A stretch of DNA of 64,000 nt from Octopus sinensis (GCF_006345805.1 NC_043004.1:17856001-17920000); one strand, 5' to 3'; counted from the first letter of the stretch, positions 1 through 13,412 are shown. The notes: a model not told the origin generated them from the letters alone. Numbers and translations: made by a program.

Positions 1-879
1 TAATATATATATATGTATATATATATGCGGCAAAATGTCTGTCTGTCCTTTATACAAATCCCAGTTTTTCACGTAAAAGGCTCGCATTTTCTATGGGCTT
101 TCAAAACTGTCTATATATATATATGGATATTTATTATATATAACGATTATGTATTAAATATTTTATTCAGTCACTGACTTATTTTTGAGTAGTTTATACT
201 AGGTAACCGGACATAACTTCTTTTTGACCTTGACACCTGGAATAATTCATAAGTACCTACCTACATACATACATACATTCCTACATACATACATACATAC
301 CTACATACATACATGCCTGCATGCATACATAGGAACGACAAATGAAATTGAAAGAAGACGCCAAAACTTCCCCTCTGCGAGATTATTTTATTCAACAGCA
401 AAGGGAGCTATTTTTTTCTGAGAGATAAGCTAACAAAAGCCCCTCTATTCTGTCTTCCCACATAGCCTGCGGATAAACTAACAGCGAATGCCGCATAAAG
501 TTAAATTGGCATGGAACTTTCTGAAAGATTCTTATAGCTTTCGCTACTGGAAGCAAAACTTATTTAAAGGTTAATTCTTTGGGACGAATCATATGTGATT
601 GTTTTAAAAAGGCTAGAACAATAATGCTAAAACGTATTTGAAACTATGGACAACAGTCGAAATATCATAATGGATTAGTAAATAAGCATCCTTAAATTAA
701 AACAACATTATCAAAGGTAAACAAAGGTATCAACAAATATAAGAGAGAGAAGGGAACATCACTTTTCAAGTAACTCAGATTAGGTAAAGGTAAGCTTGCC
801 AAAGTTTAATGCAGTTTAAATATGGAGATTAAGATTGTTTGGTATTGGATATTCATCGCGTATAGTGTTCCTAGTGATC

Positions 880-1621
880 ACGTGTATACTGTAGTCTGCG
901 ATTTTGTCATGGACAAAAACAAAGAGCCAGCGTGAAGTTTTGCGTTAAACTTGGGTATTCTGCCGCAGAGTCATTGAGCATGCTTCAGTAAGCTTTCAGC
1001 AGCGAGGCAATGGATCATATGCAATGTTTCAAGTTGCACGGGCGCTTCAAAAGCAGAAGAACATTCTTGGAAGACGATGAGCAATCTGGAAGACCCATCA
1101 CAGGAAATGTTGTATTGCGTATCGTCCCGCAGGACCAGACTGTCAATGGATAATTCTACTACGACGTTTTGAAGCGTTTGAAAAGAGGCGAATATTCGGC
1201 GAAAGCGACCGGTTCTGTAGAACGCAAAGAATTGGATTCTTCACGACGATAATGCAGTCAGTCACCAGGCATCTCCTCACTCATGAGTTTCTCGCCATAA
1301 GTAACATTGTATCGCTTCCACACCCACCCTATTCCCCAGATTTAGCACCTGTGGATTTCCATCTCTTCCCGAAGATGAAAATGCAGCTCAAAGACCGTCG
1401 TTCTAACACCGTTGTCGAGATCCAGGGCGAATCGCAGAAGGTCTTCGACTTGTTTATGGAAAATGACTTCCAGGCCGGATTCAAAAAATGGTAGGGAAGT
1501 TTGGACCAGTGTATTGCTGTGCAAGGTGACTAATTCGAAGGAGCTGATGTTAAAACTTAGATAAATAAATTACTTTTTATTAAACATAACTAGTCCTGGA
1601 ACCTTTTAATACCATCTCGTA
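880..1621 (+). mobile_element. Mariner transposon remnant (internally deleted, frameshifted transposase; 3' TIR present)
   Basis: From ATG 909, degenerate translation gives MDKNKE..VKFCVKLGYSAAESLSMLQ..FKSRRTFLEDDEQSGRP (HTH region). ORF 1252-1494 contains PHPPYSPDLAPVDFHLFPKMKMQLK (mariner YSPDL motif). The element ends in ...ggaaccttttaataccatctcgTA, the reverse complement of a tacgag-type mariner TIR. Confidence 0.9.
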
Positions 1622-1956
1622 TATAAATGATACGAGGAGTTTTCGTCGAGGTAACTCAATCTAATAGGTGTGTACTCTGAATGCTCAATTTGGTATGCCA
1701 CTAAAATTCTGGTTTGAACTACAGTTGAACATGTGATTTTGTGACTGCCTTTTCTAAAGCGGCTGGAAGTAGCTACCCTTTGAGCTGGGAGGAATATGTT
1801 AAAACAGAAAAGAAAAGGGAAAGGTTAACAGTTTGTTAAGACTTGACAAGGACATTTAATTTATCTACTTATCTATCTATCTCCTCTCCCCCCCTCTCTC
1901 TCTATCTCTCGATATATATATATATACATACAGACGTACATATATATATATATATA

Positions 1957-1991
<35 letters not shown>

Positions 1992-2025
1992 TATGGGTGC
2001 ATGTATGTGCATAGACCTTGCAGTC

Positions 2026-2125
2026 NNNNNNNNNNNNNNNNNNNNNNNNNNNNNNNNNNNNNNNNNNNNNNNNNNNNNNNNNNNNNNNNNNNNNNNNNNN
2101 NNNNNNNNNNNNNNNNNNNNNNNNN
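2026..2125. other. Assembly gap (100 N)
   Basis: Run of N. Confidence 1.
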
Positions 2126-2235
2126 AGTGTCTTCCACTATAGCCTCGGGCCGACCAAAGCCTTGTAAGTGGATTTGGTAGACGGAAACTGAAAGAAGCCC
2201 ATATGTGTGCATGTGTGTATGTGTATGTGTGTGTG

Positions 2236-2283
<48 letters not shown>

Positions 2284-2470
2284 TCCCCGCAACATCTCTT
2301 GACAACCGATGGCGCTAAGTTACGTCCCCATAACTTAGCGGTTCGACAAAACGGGACCGATAGAATATCTTACAAAGAATAAGCCCTAGGCTCGATTTGC
2401 TCGACTAAAGGCGGTGCTTCAGCATAGTCGCAGCCTAATGAATTAAACAAGTAGAAGAAAGTAAAAGAAT
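2126..2470 (+). mobile_element. SINE family A copy (5' head lost in gap)
   Basis: agtgtcttccactatagcctcgggccgaccaaagccttgtaagtggatttggtagacggaaactgaaagaagccc, (TG)n, then tail ggcggtgcttcagcat...aaacaagtagaag; matches more than 10 other copies in the window. Confidence 0.9.
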
Positions 2471-2990
2471 CATCCTTTCTACTACAGGCATAGGACTGAA
2501 ATATTGGGGGGGGGCGGGACAAGTCGATTACATCGACCCCAGTGTTTCACTGGTACTTAATTTATCGACCCCGAAAGAATGAAAGGCAAAATCAACCTGG
2601 GCGGAATTTAAACTCAGAACGTTAAGGCGGGCTAAAATACCGCTAAGCATTTTGCTCGGAGTGCTAACGATTCTGTCACAAATTCTAAGCATGCACCTGT
2701 AGGGTAAACCTACAGGTGCATGCTTAGAATAGGTCTATTCACCTTTGCCATTTTCGCGACAGTTATCCACTTTTTGACAAATTCACTGGGAGAGAGTACT
2801 TTCCTCTCTACTTTCATTTGAAGTGGAAGAAAAAGTCGGTGATGTCTTGACCGAAGACGAAATGTCTCTCTCCTCAACCATTTCAACCTCGTCCACCACA
2901 CAATCTCTTTCAAATAATAATTGCTTATTCACTGAAACCTTATTTTATCAACCCCGAATTTCTTACATTTTGCCACCAATATATCCATAT
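2468..2990 (-). mobile_element. Chimera: 3' end of Tx1/L1-like LINE ORF2 running directly into a SINE family B body
   Basis: Minus ORF 2710-2913 (KEIVWWTRLK..VERKVLSPSEFVKKWITVAKMAKV) resembles the degenerate C-terminal segment at 4440-4600. It is followed by gaatttgtgacagaatcgttagcactccgagcaaaatgcttagcgg... SINE-B sequence ending in tagtagaaaggatgatt. Confidence 0.7.
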
Positions 2991-3199
2991 ATACTTTTAT
3001 GCTTGATACTGGTGTGACAGAAAAGCTGCGTACTTTTCTGCCTCTCATCTCAGTTTGATAGGATTATGTTGTATATATCACATTAAAATGCTTTGATAAT
3101 TATATAAAAAACATTATAATTAAAAGAAATATTTAAAACAACAAAACAATTAAGGCAAAGCAACCACACAAAGCTGGGCTCCCTGCAATTTAAAATATT

Positions 3200-4090
3200 G
3201 AATCCGATGCACCCAGATGCATTCGTTGGCATTTTTTGTGTAAAAATCATCCAACATCTGCCAAGATTTCTTGTTTCATGGTTCGATAGATCATCAGTAT
3301 GATGTTCAGAAACTGTCTACCATTTGAATGCCTCTTAAACATCCGTCCTATCTGTTTCCCCTAAAACAGCAAGCTGTCCTTATAATTACACTTTGAAATG
3401 TTCCTGTTTGATTTCAGCGCCACGTTATTTCTCAACAGGACTCTGAATAATATGGCATCTCACAAAGTTGATCTTCATGTGTCTGACACAACTTCTACTT
3501 GAGAGCATTGGTCCCTTTTCTTCCTCCCCTTTTCTTCTTCTAATATACCTCATAGTTTCCCAACTCAACATATATTCATCATCTTCTGGATAGGGAAGTA
3601 CTACTGCGAGGAGAGCCTTCGGTTTCCTGGACATCGATTTTCTAGAAATATATCTCGTCGGCCTTATTAACTGTCGGTTCCTAGTACCTGGGACGGGGTA
3701 ATTCTGTTGGTCACCTTCAGAGATGCTTTAGAAAATAACGCTTCTGCTGCTTTTAATTGTGTTGGGGGTCTGTTACTGTCCCTCGCTCTTTTCCTCTCTC
3801 CTGCTTTTCCAGCACCTCAAGCAGAATCCCTCAGGTCACTCTTAAGGGAAGTGCAAGGTATTTTCTTAGTAGCGCAGGGTGCAGAAGGCCCGGGGTTATG
3901 CTTGTACCAATTGGACCTTTTACTGAGTACCAATTCCATTTTTGCACCTACGATAGGATACAGCTGTAGAATGGGTCTGTGGTTTCCTGGCATCATTAAA
4001 CTTACAACTCCATTGCTGACCTCATTCGACCACATGTCATTTCTGAACACCTCGTCACAAACGTCAGAGCAAGCAAAACACCAACATCGA
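3200..4090 (-). mobile_element. Possible highly decayed LINE endonuclease/ORF1 fragment
   Basis: Minus strand has coding-like composition, with RNNVAL..GR..LNIILMIYRT weakly resembling APE endonuclease strands (GVA.L / GR / ..VYAP). Many stops. Confidence 0.3.
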
Positions 4091-4252
4091 AACTAATAAT
4101 CTTTACGTTGACCTCTATATGGTGAGAAGCGCCAATAAGCGGATATATATAATATAATATATTTATTCATATGTATGATATATATATATATATATACACA
4201 CACACAAGCACACTCACACACACACACACACGCATGCACGCACACACACGCG

Positions 4253-4290
<38 letters not shown>

Positions 4291-4429
4291 TACATATAAT
4301 ATATATATATATATATATAACAAAGGTACCCATACACAAAATACCAAGAAACCACTGCTTAAGAGTATAAGGAATCTTCTACTTCGGGTTCATTTTGTCC
4401 TCTTCAGATTTCAATCTATAGGAATATTT

Positions 4430-6440
4430 CTATAATCTGTCCTCTCACTGCATCAAGTTTGCTTGAGGGTCCAATAGTCTCTATTCAAGCTCCCCTTTGA
4501 AGAAGCTGAAGAGGAGCTAATCGAAGAGATCGAAATCTGCATCTAAACCTTTCAACAAAGTCGACCATACAGCTTTTTTTATTGCGGAAAACAGCTTTTC
4601 CTTGCTAAAGGAGCGGTGCAGTGAATTCTTTATAAGAAACGCGCCCGTCTGCTGCTTTCGTACTACAGGCGATAACAGTCGTTCGGTATCATTTCACATC
4701 GATGTTCAGACATCGGATATCTGCGTACAGAATGGTTTCGCAGTTATCCGCTCGTCTCAGTCAGCTGTGACTGATGACAATTCCATATGCGTGAAGTTTA
4801 TCCTGAATTTACAGCGCCTCCGGCAGTACTATTAGGTGCGAGCTTTATGGAAATTATCCACCGAGCACAGAGTAAAATCTAGAATAAACTACTCGGCTAG
4901 AACTCATTCATGTCCAGCATATCATCATCCAATATTTCTAGAATGTCCAGTGTGGACTACTCGACCGGAAAGAGGACTGGTTTTCTGATAGCAGTACAGA
5001 TATCAGGCGCACAATCTTTATCTTTATTTGACGTAGGTCTGCAGTTACATCGAACAGATGAATAACTGAAAGACGTGCATCACAAACGGGGACCAGAACC
5101 TCTGACCGACTAAAAATCTCTATAAATTCTGTAGCTTCAGCGGATATCAGCGCATCATATTCTTGGATAGTCTATGGAACTTCTGATGAGTGGAACCCAT
5201 CTATTTAACAAGTAATAAGAGAGAAGACACTCCAATGGAGTTAGAAACAGTGTGGAGTAAGGCACAACTGTCAGGGTTTAACAGATAACGGCTTTTCAAA
5301 GATAACTTCCTCTGAGCCAATTACTGAGTGAGATTCGTGACTATATTCGTAACCTTACCCGAGTTCTTATTCAAGTAGAAGTGAAGTGTGAACCGTAATC
5401 CAAGTACTTTAACTGGACTGGAATCATACGACAACGTTGCCTTCAAAGACTGGTGGGGAATCGTACCCCTAAGTATCGATAATCGTGTCTATCGAATGTT
5501 TTAACCTTATCAAAATGGATCAGCGCCCCAGCAAAGCCAGATCTACCTTCGTGCCTCCCTACGATCTGTGACATGAGGTGGAGGCTGATCTGAATAGATC
5601 TGTCGGGAGTTGCCCTTGTTTATGCGGGTTCAACAGTACAATCTGCGACATGTGCTGATTTCTTGGTAAATATCTTAAGCAAAACCCTCAACTCTGCGTT
5701 TAGCAGAGAATACGACCTGAAATTTTCTTTCCTGTCTTCTTTGCTTGCATCCGTCCACGCAGCACCACCACTTTTCTCTCATTTAACTAATTATTCACCC
5801 GTATTGCTGCCAATATTGTTAGACATTTGCCGAGTGTGGCACGTTCCAATATAATTCGCAGAAAAGACCACCAAATCCCGGTGACTTATCTCTTGCACAA
5901 CCTGACTAAGTGTCTGCTAAATCAAACTTTTGCACCACACTACCTCCTACACTATGTTTCTTGGCTCTCAGTTGATATTGATACCAACATCGATTTCATC
6001 GTCTCCAATACGCCGCTTCCCATGACTATTCAGAAACGTGCTACAGAAAAGATGCACACACATCTTTCTGGAATCGGATATCTCAACCTCACCCACTGTG
6101 TTTCATCAAGCAGATGTGGCTTGGCTGATACGATTTGATCTTTCTACTTGGAGCTATAAGACATCTTTGGTTTTTTTCATACTTTTGTGTACAATTTAGC
6201 CTTCATGTCTGCATCGAAGAATTAAAGAGTGTTATTCTCGTCGTTACCACGTCTCATCTACTCGATCCTCCTCACTCGATATTCCTCACTCTAGCACTTT
6301 CTATTCTTACTTATTGATTCAACAGTAATCTTCCACATTAGGTCCACCAACTATTTGGTCCTCTTTCTATTCCCAAGCAATTTTCACTCGATTAGTGCAC
6401 TAATAAAGTTGCTCACATTTTTATATCCTATTTTCACGGC
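4430..6440 (-). mobile_element. Tx1/L1-like non-LTR retrotransposon ORF2 remnant (RT and C-terminus)
   Basis: Minus-strand degenerate motifs appear in the correct order: SPGFGGLFCELY (~KSPG.DGLP.EFY), KENFRSYSLLNAELRVLLKIF (~NFRPITLLN.D.KILAK), SIQISLHLM..GALIHFDKVKTFDRHDYRYL (~LDQ.KAFDRV.H.YL), then a GCPLSP.L-like segment. Multiple stops and frameshifts. Confidence 0.85.
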
Positions 6441-6721
6441 GACACTATAATAGCATGTCTATGCAAAAGTGCTGTGCATTTTTTTAAATTCACCCATTAA
6501 TAAACCATGTTGTGAATACATAGTGTTGTATGTATTGGACGGAAGAGCTATTTACCAAGGTAGTCTTTCTCTAATCAACAGCTAAGAAAGACAGGAAATT
6601 CCAATTTGTCTAGCGACAACCAGGTTAATTGTTAAATTGCATATTTATCAATATTGTATCATCTACATTACATTTCAAATTATATGCAGTGCTATGTAAA
6701 TAAGTAATATTGTTATATATA

Positions 6722-6766
<45 letters not shown>

Positions 6767-7876
6767 ATATATAAATGGGGTTTATATTTATAAATGAGTT
6801 ATATATTATATATATTATATATTATATTTGACATACATACACATATATTATATATATATCACAAACATGTATTTTGTGTGTGGGGATTTAGTTTGTATCT
6901 ACTTGCGTATATCAACATACACTCATTCATATTACTTATTTAACATATTCTTGCTTGGTTCGTAACTGATGATTCAAAATTCTTACGCGTGGAGCTCTTA
7001 GTTTACCGTGAGCAAGTGATGACCCATGTTCTGTTGGTCTTTGATATATAACATATCATAATATCTGTCAGACTATATTCATCTGCTGGTACTAACATTC
7101 TGAACTTTTTATACTGTTTGAAATATGATTCTATTTCCTTCCCGGTCCCTATTACGTCTGTATATTGCATGTATGTCATTGAGGAAAGAGGCATATTTTT
7201 TCCCCTGGAGTTAACTTCCCCTTCAAAGAAGTCTTCCTCGGCGGAGGACGTCTCTTCTTCGAGGAAGATATACTTTTCCTTGCTCATTTTAACTGCCTTT
7301 CTGATTTTCTTCGGCGTCTTATTTTTCCATTTCTCTTAAATCTGCTAATCTTCTTCGGCGCCTGTGCCGTCCTATCGCCATAAGTAGAAAGTAGATGAAG
7401 CGGTACCACTGTGACAGGAATGCTTCCATGTCGTTTAGTTCTTAGACTGATATTGTCTCGGTCCGTTCTGGCTTGCTCCTTTGGTTAGTTCCTAGCAATT
7501 AGACAGAGGCATTTTTTTTTTGTTCAGCAGCATATGACGTTGGTTTATTGGCTGCCTTGGATTTGTCCCCTAGATGCCGAGCTATAACCGTCGGTTGAGT
7601 CTATCGAACGCTTCAACCGAATCAAAATTGATTCGGTTAAATCCAGTAAATCTATATCTAGATATAGATTTCTACGACGTATCGTATCCATTGTTTTGAA
7701 TACAGAAGTGTTACTGGTGTTGCTTAGAGCCATCAACCGTTATAATTTGTGTTTGTTGTTGCCTTTTGTTCGTGAAAGCTTTTTGGACAGAAAGCTTTTA
7801 GATGGTCTTTCCTGACATATTTGTTGCAACTGGGCTTTAATGCTTTGGAATTAATATATATACATACATACATACA

Positions 7877-7911
<35 letters not shown>

Positions 7912-7912
<1 letters not shown>

Positions 7913-8075
7913 CGACGGGATCCTTTCAGCTTCCGTCTACCAAATCCACTCACAATGCTTTGGTCGGCCCGAGGCTATAGTAGAAGACACTTGCCCAAGG
8001 TGCCACACAGTGGTACTGAGCCCGGAACCATGTGGTTGATAAGCAAGCTACTTACCACACAGCCACTCCTACGCC
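7912..8075 (-). mobile_element. SINE family A, 5' half
   Basis: Reverse complement of ggcgtaggagtggctgtgtggtaagtagcttgc...gacggaagctgaaaggatcccgtcg; abuts (TACA)n. Confidence 0.9.
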
Positions 8076-8232
8076 TGAACGATTGCAATAGACTGATGTT
8101 GTTTTGTAAACGAAATGATGTTAGGTTTAGTTCTTTCGCCAAAATCTTCCATATTTAGAGTTTCTTTGCTCAAACTAGCGATTTTCAAAATATGCATTTT
8201 TTGTTATTCTTCGCTATATTACAGCATAGTAT

Positions 8233-8263
<31 letters not shown>

Positions 8264-8370
8264 GCTTTTGTCGTTATCGTTGTTGCCATCGATGTCGTCA
8301 TCGATGTCGTCACCGTTAGTGTTGTTGTCTTGTAGAAAAGTGTACTATTAGTAAAAAAGTGTTCACTATA

Positions 8371-8549
8371 GGCGCGGAGTGGCTATGTGGTAAGTCGCTT
8401 GCTAACCAACCACATGGTTCCGGGTTCAGAGTCCACTGCGTGGCATCTTGGGCAAGTGTGTCTTCTGCATATAGCCCCGGGCCGACCAATGCTTTGTGAG
8501 TGGATTGGAAGACGGAAACTCAAAGAAGCTTGTCGATATATGTGATATA

Positions 8550-8592
<43 letters not shown>

Positions 8593-8826
8593 GTATGTGT
8601 GTGTGTGTGTTGTGTGTCTGTGTTTGTCCCCTAGCATTGCTTGACAACCGATGCTGGTGTGTTTACGTCCCGTCACTTAGCGGTTCGGCAAAAAGACCCG
8701 ATAGAATAAGTACTGGGCATACAAAGAATAAGTCCCGAGGTCGATTTGCTCGACTAAAGGCGGTGCTCCAGCATGACCACAGTCAAATGACTGAAACATG
8801 TAAAAGAGTAAAAGTGTAAAAGAGTA
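8371..8826 (+). mobile_element. SINE family A, full length
   Basis: tRNA-like head (ggcgcggagtggctatgtggtaag..ccgggttcagagtcccactgc), CORE-like cttgggcaagtgt block, internal (TA)n(TG)n, tail ggcggtgctccagcatgaccacagtcaaatgactgaaacatgtaaaagagtaaaag. Confidence 0.92.
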
Positions 8827-9512
8827 TTATGCTATGCATTTTTGTGGTAATTTCATTTTATTTGTCATTTCACAGCCATTTGTTTCTTTGTAAGTTTTTC
8901 AATATGGTTCAACATTCTTTCTAGTTTTTAGCTCTCTTCAATATAATTTCATTTACGGGCGGTTCTCCAGCCCCCAAATATATAAAAAATAAATATATAA
9001 AACAGCCTTCCTGTAAGGTTAAGCGGTAAAAATTCATGGAAGTATATAAAAAAAAACTGACCTCCTTGTACCCAAAATATGATTAATTTCTTCTGTTAAA
9101 CTTGAAAAACGTTGCATCTTCGAGAGGTATGTTTTGGTATAGTTTCCACCATTGGATACTCTTCCAAAAGCAAACGACTTTACAGGCGTATATATGCAAC
9201 AACACGAGTGAGGTGGCTTTGTGCTAGGAAATGAAGGGTTGATATATAAGAGAAGGGGCTAGAACAGAACAAGTTTCTTGATGTGGAGGACCTACATGGC
9301 TACTCACACCGCAAACGCATGCATATGTGCATACGTGCATACATACATGCATGCATATACATGTATACACACAAACACATATATGTATAGACATATAAAT
9401 ATATATGCACACATTATATATATACACACACATATATAATATATAATATACACACACATATATATATACGCTTATATACACACCTAATATAGCATACATT
9501 TATATATATATT

Positions 9513-9550
<38 letters not shown>

Positions 9551-9837
9551 ATATATATATACACACACGCACATATAAATGCATACAAACGCATACACAC
9601 GCAAATACTTATATGTACACATAAACACGTTTATAAACATACACAGACACACACGTGCGCGCGCACACACACACACACGCACTCACACACACGTGTACCC
9701 CCAGCTTTATGAATTGTAGTGTATAGCAGTTATGTATTTATATCAACACTTTCAATAAAATCGCAAGACGTTAATTGCACTTCGTAAGCTTAGCTAAGGC
9801 CTATTAATGCATTTACCTCTCGGCGCTTCCGTGCACA

Positions 9838-9842
9838 TTGTT

Positions 9843-9898
<56 letters not shown>

Positions 9899-10163
9899 TA
9901 TCATCATCATCATCATCTTTATCATCATCATCATCATCATCATTATCATCATCATCATCATCCTCCTCGTCCTCGTCGTCGTCGACACCACCACAACCAA
10001 CATCATCATCATCATCATTGTCAGCAACGTCATCATCGTCATTATCGTTGTCATCACCATCATTACTATCATCACCACCATCATCATCATCATCATCGTC
10101 ATTATCGTTGTCATCATCATCATCATCACTATCATCACCATCATCATCACCACCACCACCACC

Positions 10164-10219
<56 letters not shown>

Positions 10220-10260
10220 CAATCATCATCATCATCATCATCACCATCATCATCTTCATT
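9838..10260. repeat. Degenerate (ATC)n trinucleotide microsatellite
   Basis: About 140 ATC/GTC/ACC units; explains the poly-M/I/D/S ORFs. Confidence 0.97.
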
Positions 10261-11019
10261 ATTATTTTTATTTTTACTATTATTGTATCATCACCATTGT
10301 TAGTATTATTCGTTTGTTAATGGCACTACATAAACGGAAATAATGCAGAGATCGTATATGCAGAATGTGATGTTGGCGCTGTTGCATGCACAGAGGTTGA
10401 AATTAAAAGAAAAAGAAAGAAAAATGTTTCCAAAATCATACAACTGAAGAATAAAAATTTTCGGTAATACAAATTGACGTTTCATGAATATCAACGACTA
10501 AGAATTTCATTTGCTAATAAGCTTAGAAAGTACGCTTAATCCTCTTGCGGATTATTACGATTATCTACTGTTCCCTTTGTCTATTGTTGTATTGCGTGTG
10601 GATAATCAAACGCTGAGAAATATCTGGAAATTGGAATCGAGAATCATTTAAGGTTTCTGCCATGTCGTTGTGGCGTAACTTAACGGTATAATATGGTTGA
10701 TCAGTAAGCCGAAACATCGTATCTATCAATGGCTGCTGCTAAGTAACTATAAAGATATTTCATTTTAATAATGCTCTTGACTATAATACTTTAATGATTT
10801 TCTTATTGTCCGTTATGGTCAGAGTATTTAGACATAATTCCATAAATGTACTTAGAGAATTTACTATGATTTGTGTCAAGAGCGCAGATATTTTTACCCT
10901 GCACTTCAAAAATATTCTCTAATCCTGATAGAGAAAGTAAAAAGATATTTTCTCTTCTTTTTAATCATATCTTTTATACCATTATAATTATATAAGTTAT
11001 ACCATTAGTTAATTATACC

Positions 11020-11400
11020 ATGAGTAAAGCAATGAAGGCGTCGGGCTAGCAGTATCGTAACCGCAACATTTCTTCGGGCGCTTTACGTTCCGAGTTCAAA
11101 TGTCACCAAGGTCGACTTTGCCTTTCATTCTTTTGGAGTCGGTAAAATAAGTACTAGTTGACTACTGGAGTCAATGCAAACGACTAACCCATTACCTGAA
11201 CACCACTGGTCACGTGTCGAAACTACACAGATGGTGAGCTTACGATTAGTTAGACGCTAGTAAAAGAAAATGCTTGGCAGTAATGTCTGCGGCTCTGTAC
11301 GATTCAAGTCCAAATTTCACTGGGGTTGACTTTTTCTTTCATCCACTCTGAAATCGATAAAATAAAGTGTCAGTCAATCACTGGAATGGGTGGGATTCAA
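11020..11400 (+). mobile_element. Two diverged SINE family B fragments
   Basis: gagttcaaatgtcaccaaggtcgactttgcctttcattcttt and caagtccaaatttcactggggttgac blocks. Confidence 0.6.
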
Positions 11401-11424
11401 AACTGTTGGCTGTGTGCAGAAGGA

Positions 11425-11563
11425 GCCTGCTTCGGACCCGCGTGGTTTCGGGTTTGGTTACACTGTGCGGATCTTTTGAGCAAGTGTCTTGTACTATACA
11501 CCTGAGCAGACCAATGCGTTGTGAGTGAATTTTGTAGATTGTGACTGTCTACAAAATATATCG

Positions 11564-11632
<69 letters not shown>

Positions 11633-11840
11633 GTGTGTGTGTGTGTTGTGTGTGTATGTGTGGTATATCTGCATGTCCTTGTGTTTGACCTCCGCCATCA
11701 TTTGGTAACCGGTGTTACTTTGTTTACGTTCCCTTAAATTAGTGGTTCGGTAAAAGAGACAGATAGAATAAGTACTAAACTTTAAAAAATAAATATCAGG
11801 GTCGATTATTCAAGTAAACTCTCAAGACGGTTGTTCCAGA
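11425..11840 (+). mobile_element. Diverged SINE family A copy with (CTAT)n inside
   Basis: ttttgagcaagtgtcttgtactata...ggttcggtaaaagagacagatagaataagtact. Confidence 0.75.
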
Positions 11841-11872
11841 ACATATATGCATGTGTGTGTGTGTTATATATA

Positions 11873-11903
<31 letters not shown>

Positions 11904-11964
11904 GATATATATATATATATATAATATTATAATATCTATATATACATAATATACATAACAATAT

Positions 11965-12010
<46 letters not shown>

Positions 12011-12222
12011 TATATATATATTATATATATATATATGTATGGATGTATGTATTGTATGTATGTATGTTGTATGTATGTAGCAGTACAATGACGATGAGGG
12101 ATCAGTTGTTCGATCATGCGCATTACTCGCTCTATGAATAAATGTGACTTTTATATATACATACATATATACGTTTGTATGTATGTATGTAGAGAGAAAG
12201 AGAGAGAGGGAGAGAGAGAGAG

Positions 12223-12257
<35 letters not shown>

Positions 12258-12663
12258 AAAAGAAAGAAAGAAAGAAAGAGGGAGATCATACGAGTAAACT
12301 TGTGAGGCAGAGAGAATACAAGCAAATAATTCATAGAGTTCGACAAGTGAAAGTACATGCCAAAACAAGAAAAAAAAACTTAGAAATATTAAACGGAAAA
12401 ACAACAAAGAATTGTATGATTAAGATAAATACGCTATAGGAAGAAGCAGAAGAATGTTCAACGTTTCGGATTGTAACTTTTATCAAAGAGAAGAAAAAGG
12501 GAGGAAAGAGTAATGTTGCCCGAAACCAAATTCAAGACGTCTTTTTTATATGGTTTGTCTGAAGTAGAACGGTGGTATGAACAAAAAGTAAAACATATAT
12601 ATATATATACACACACACATACATACATACATACATACATACATACATACATACATACATACA

Positions 12664-12695
<32 letters not shown>

Positions 12696-13269
12696 CACAC
12701 ACACGTGTATGTATATATATATATATATATACGCTCACACACGCGCAATGTGTATACCTCGTTTATTATTTAGCTATACCGCTACCCAACAATAGAATAT
12801 AAGATGTTATAAATAGACAGTTCTGCTGTCACGTTATCATTGAATTTATTGCCTGAGAAATGTTTCCTATCAAAATCACAATATCAATTTATAACAATTA
12901 ATCAACAGTATTTAAGCAGCTAAACTTTTCCACGGTCATATGTTTCAGATCTTTTATTTCTTTATCTCTCTGATTCATTTTGTTCCTCTCTCTCTCTCTC
13001 TCTCTCTCTCTCGATAATAATGACATATTTGTAAGGATGCAACAGAACACTGCTTCCTGTCTATTTTGATTGTGTTGCAGTTCAAACTCCTCTAATAGTC
13101 CTCAGTGGCTCTAATAAATTGTATTCTGATTATACACTAAGGCCGCCTCGTTATCTTTTGTGTTTCCCTGTTTCGTTAAACCTGTATTTTCTTTCCCTGT
13201 CAGTGTTTTGTGCTTATTTTTTAAAATTTATTTCCTTTTTCCACAGTCATGAAAACGTTACGTTTGATA

Positions 13270-13400
<131 letters not shown>

Positions 13401-13412
13401 CTATCTATCTTT

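Noticed and set aside
400-560. Minus-strand exon candidate after ttttgcttccag (AKAIRIFQKVPCQFNFMRHSLLVYPQAMWEDR..)
   Set aside because: No convincing GT donor before the stop, and no recognisable homology.
9794-10343. Long poly-Met/Ile/Asp/Ser ORFs
   Set aside because: Translations of an (ATC)n microsatellite, open in several frames on both strands, with no splice or domain support.
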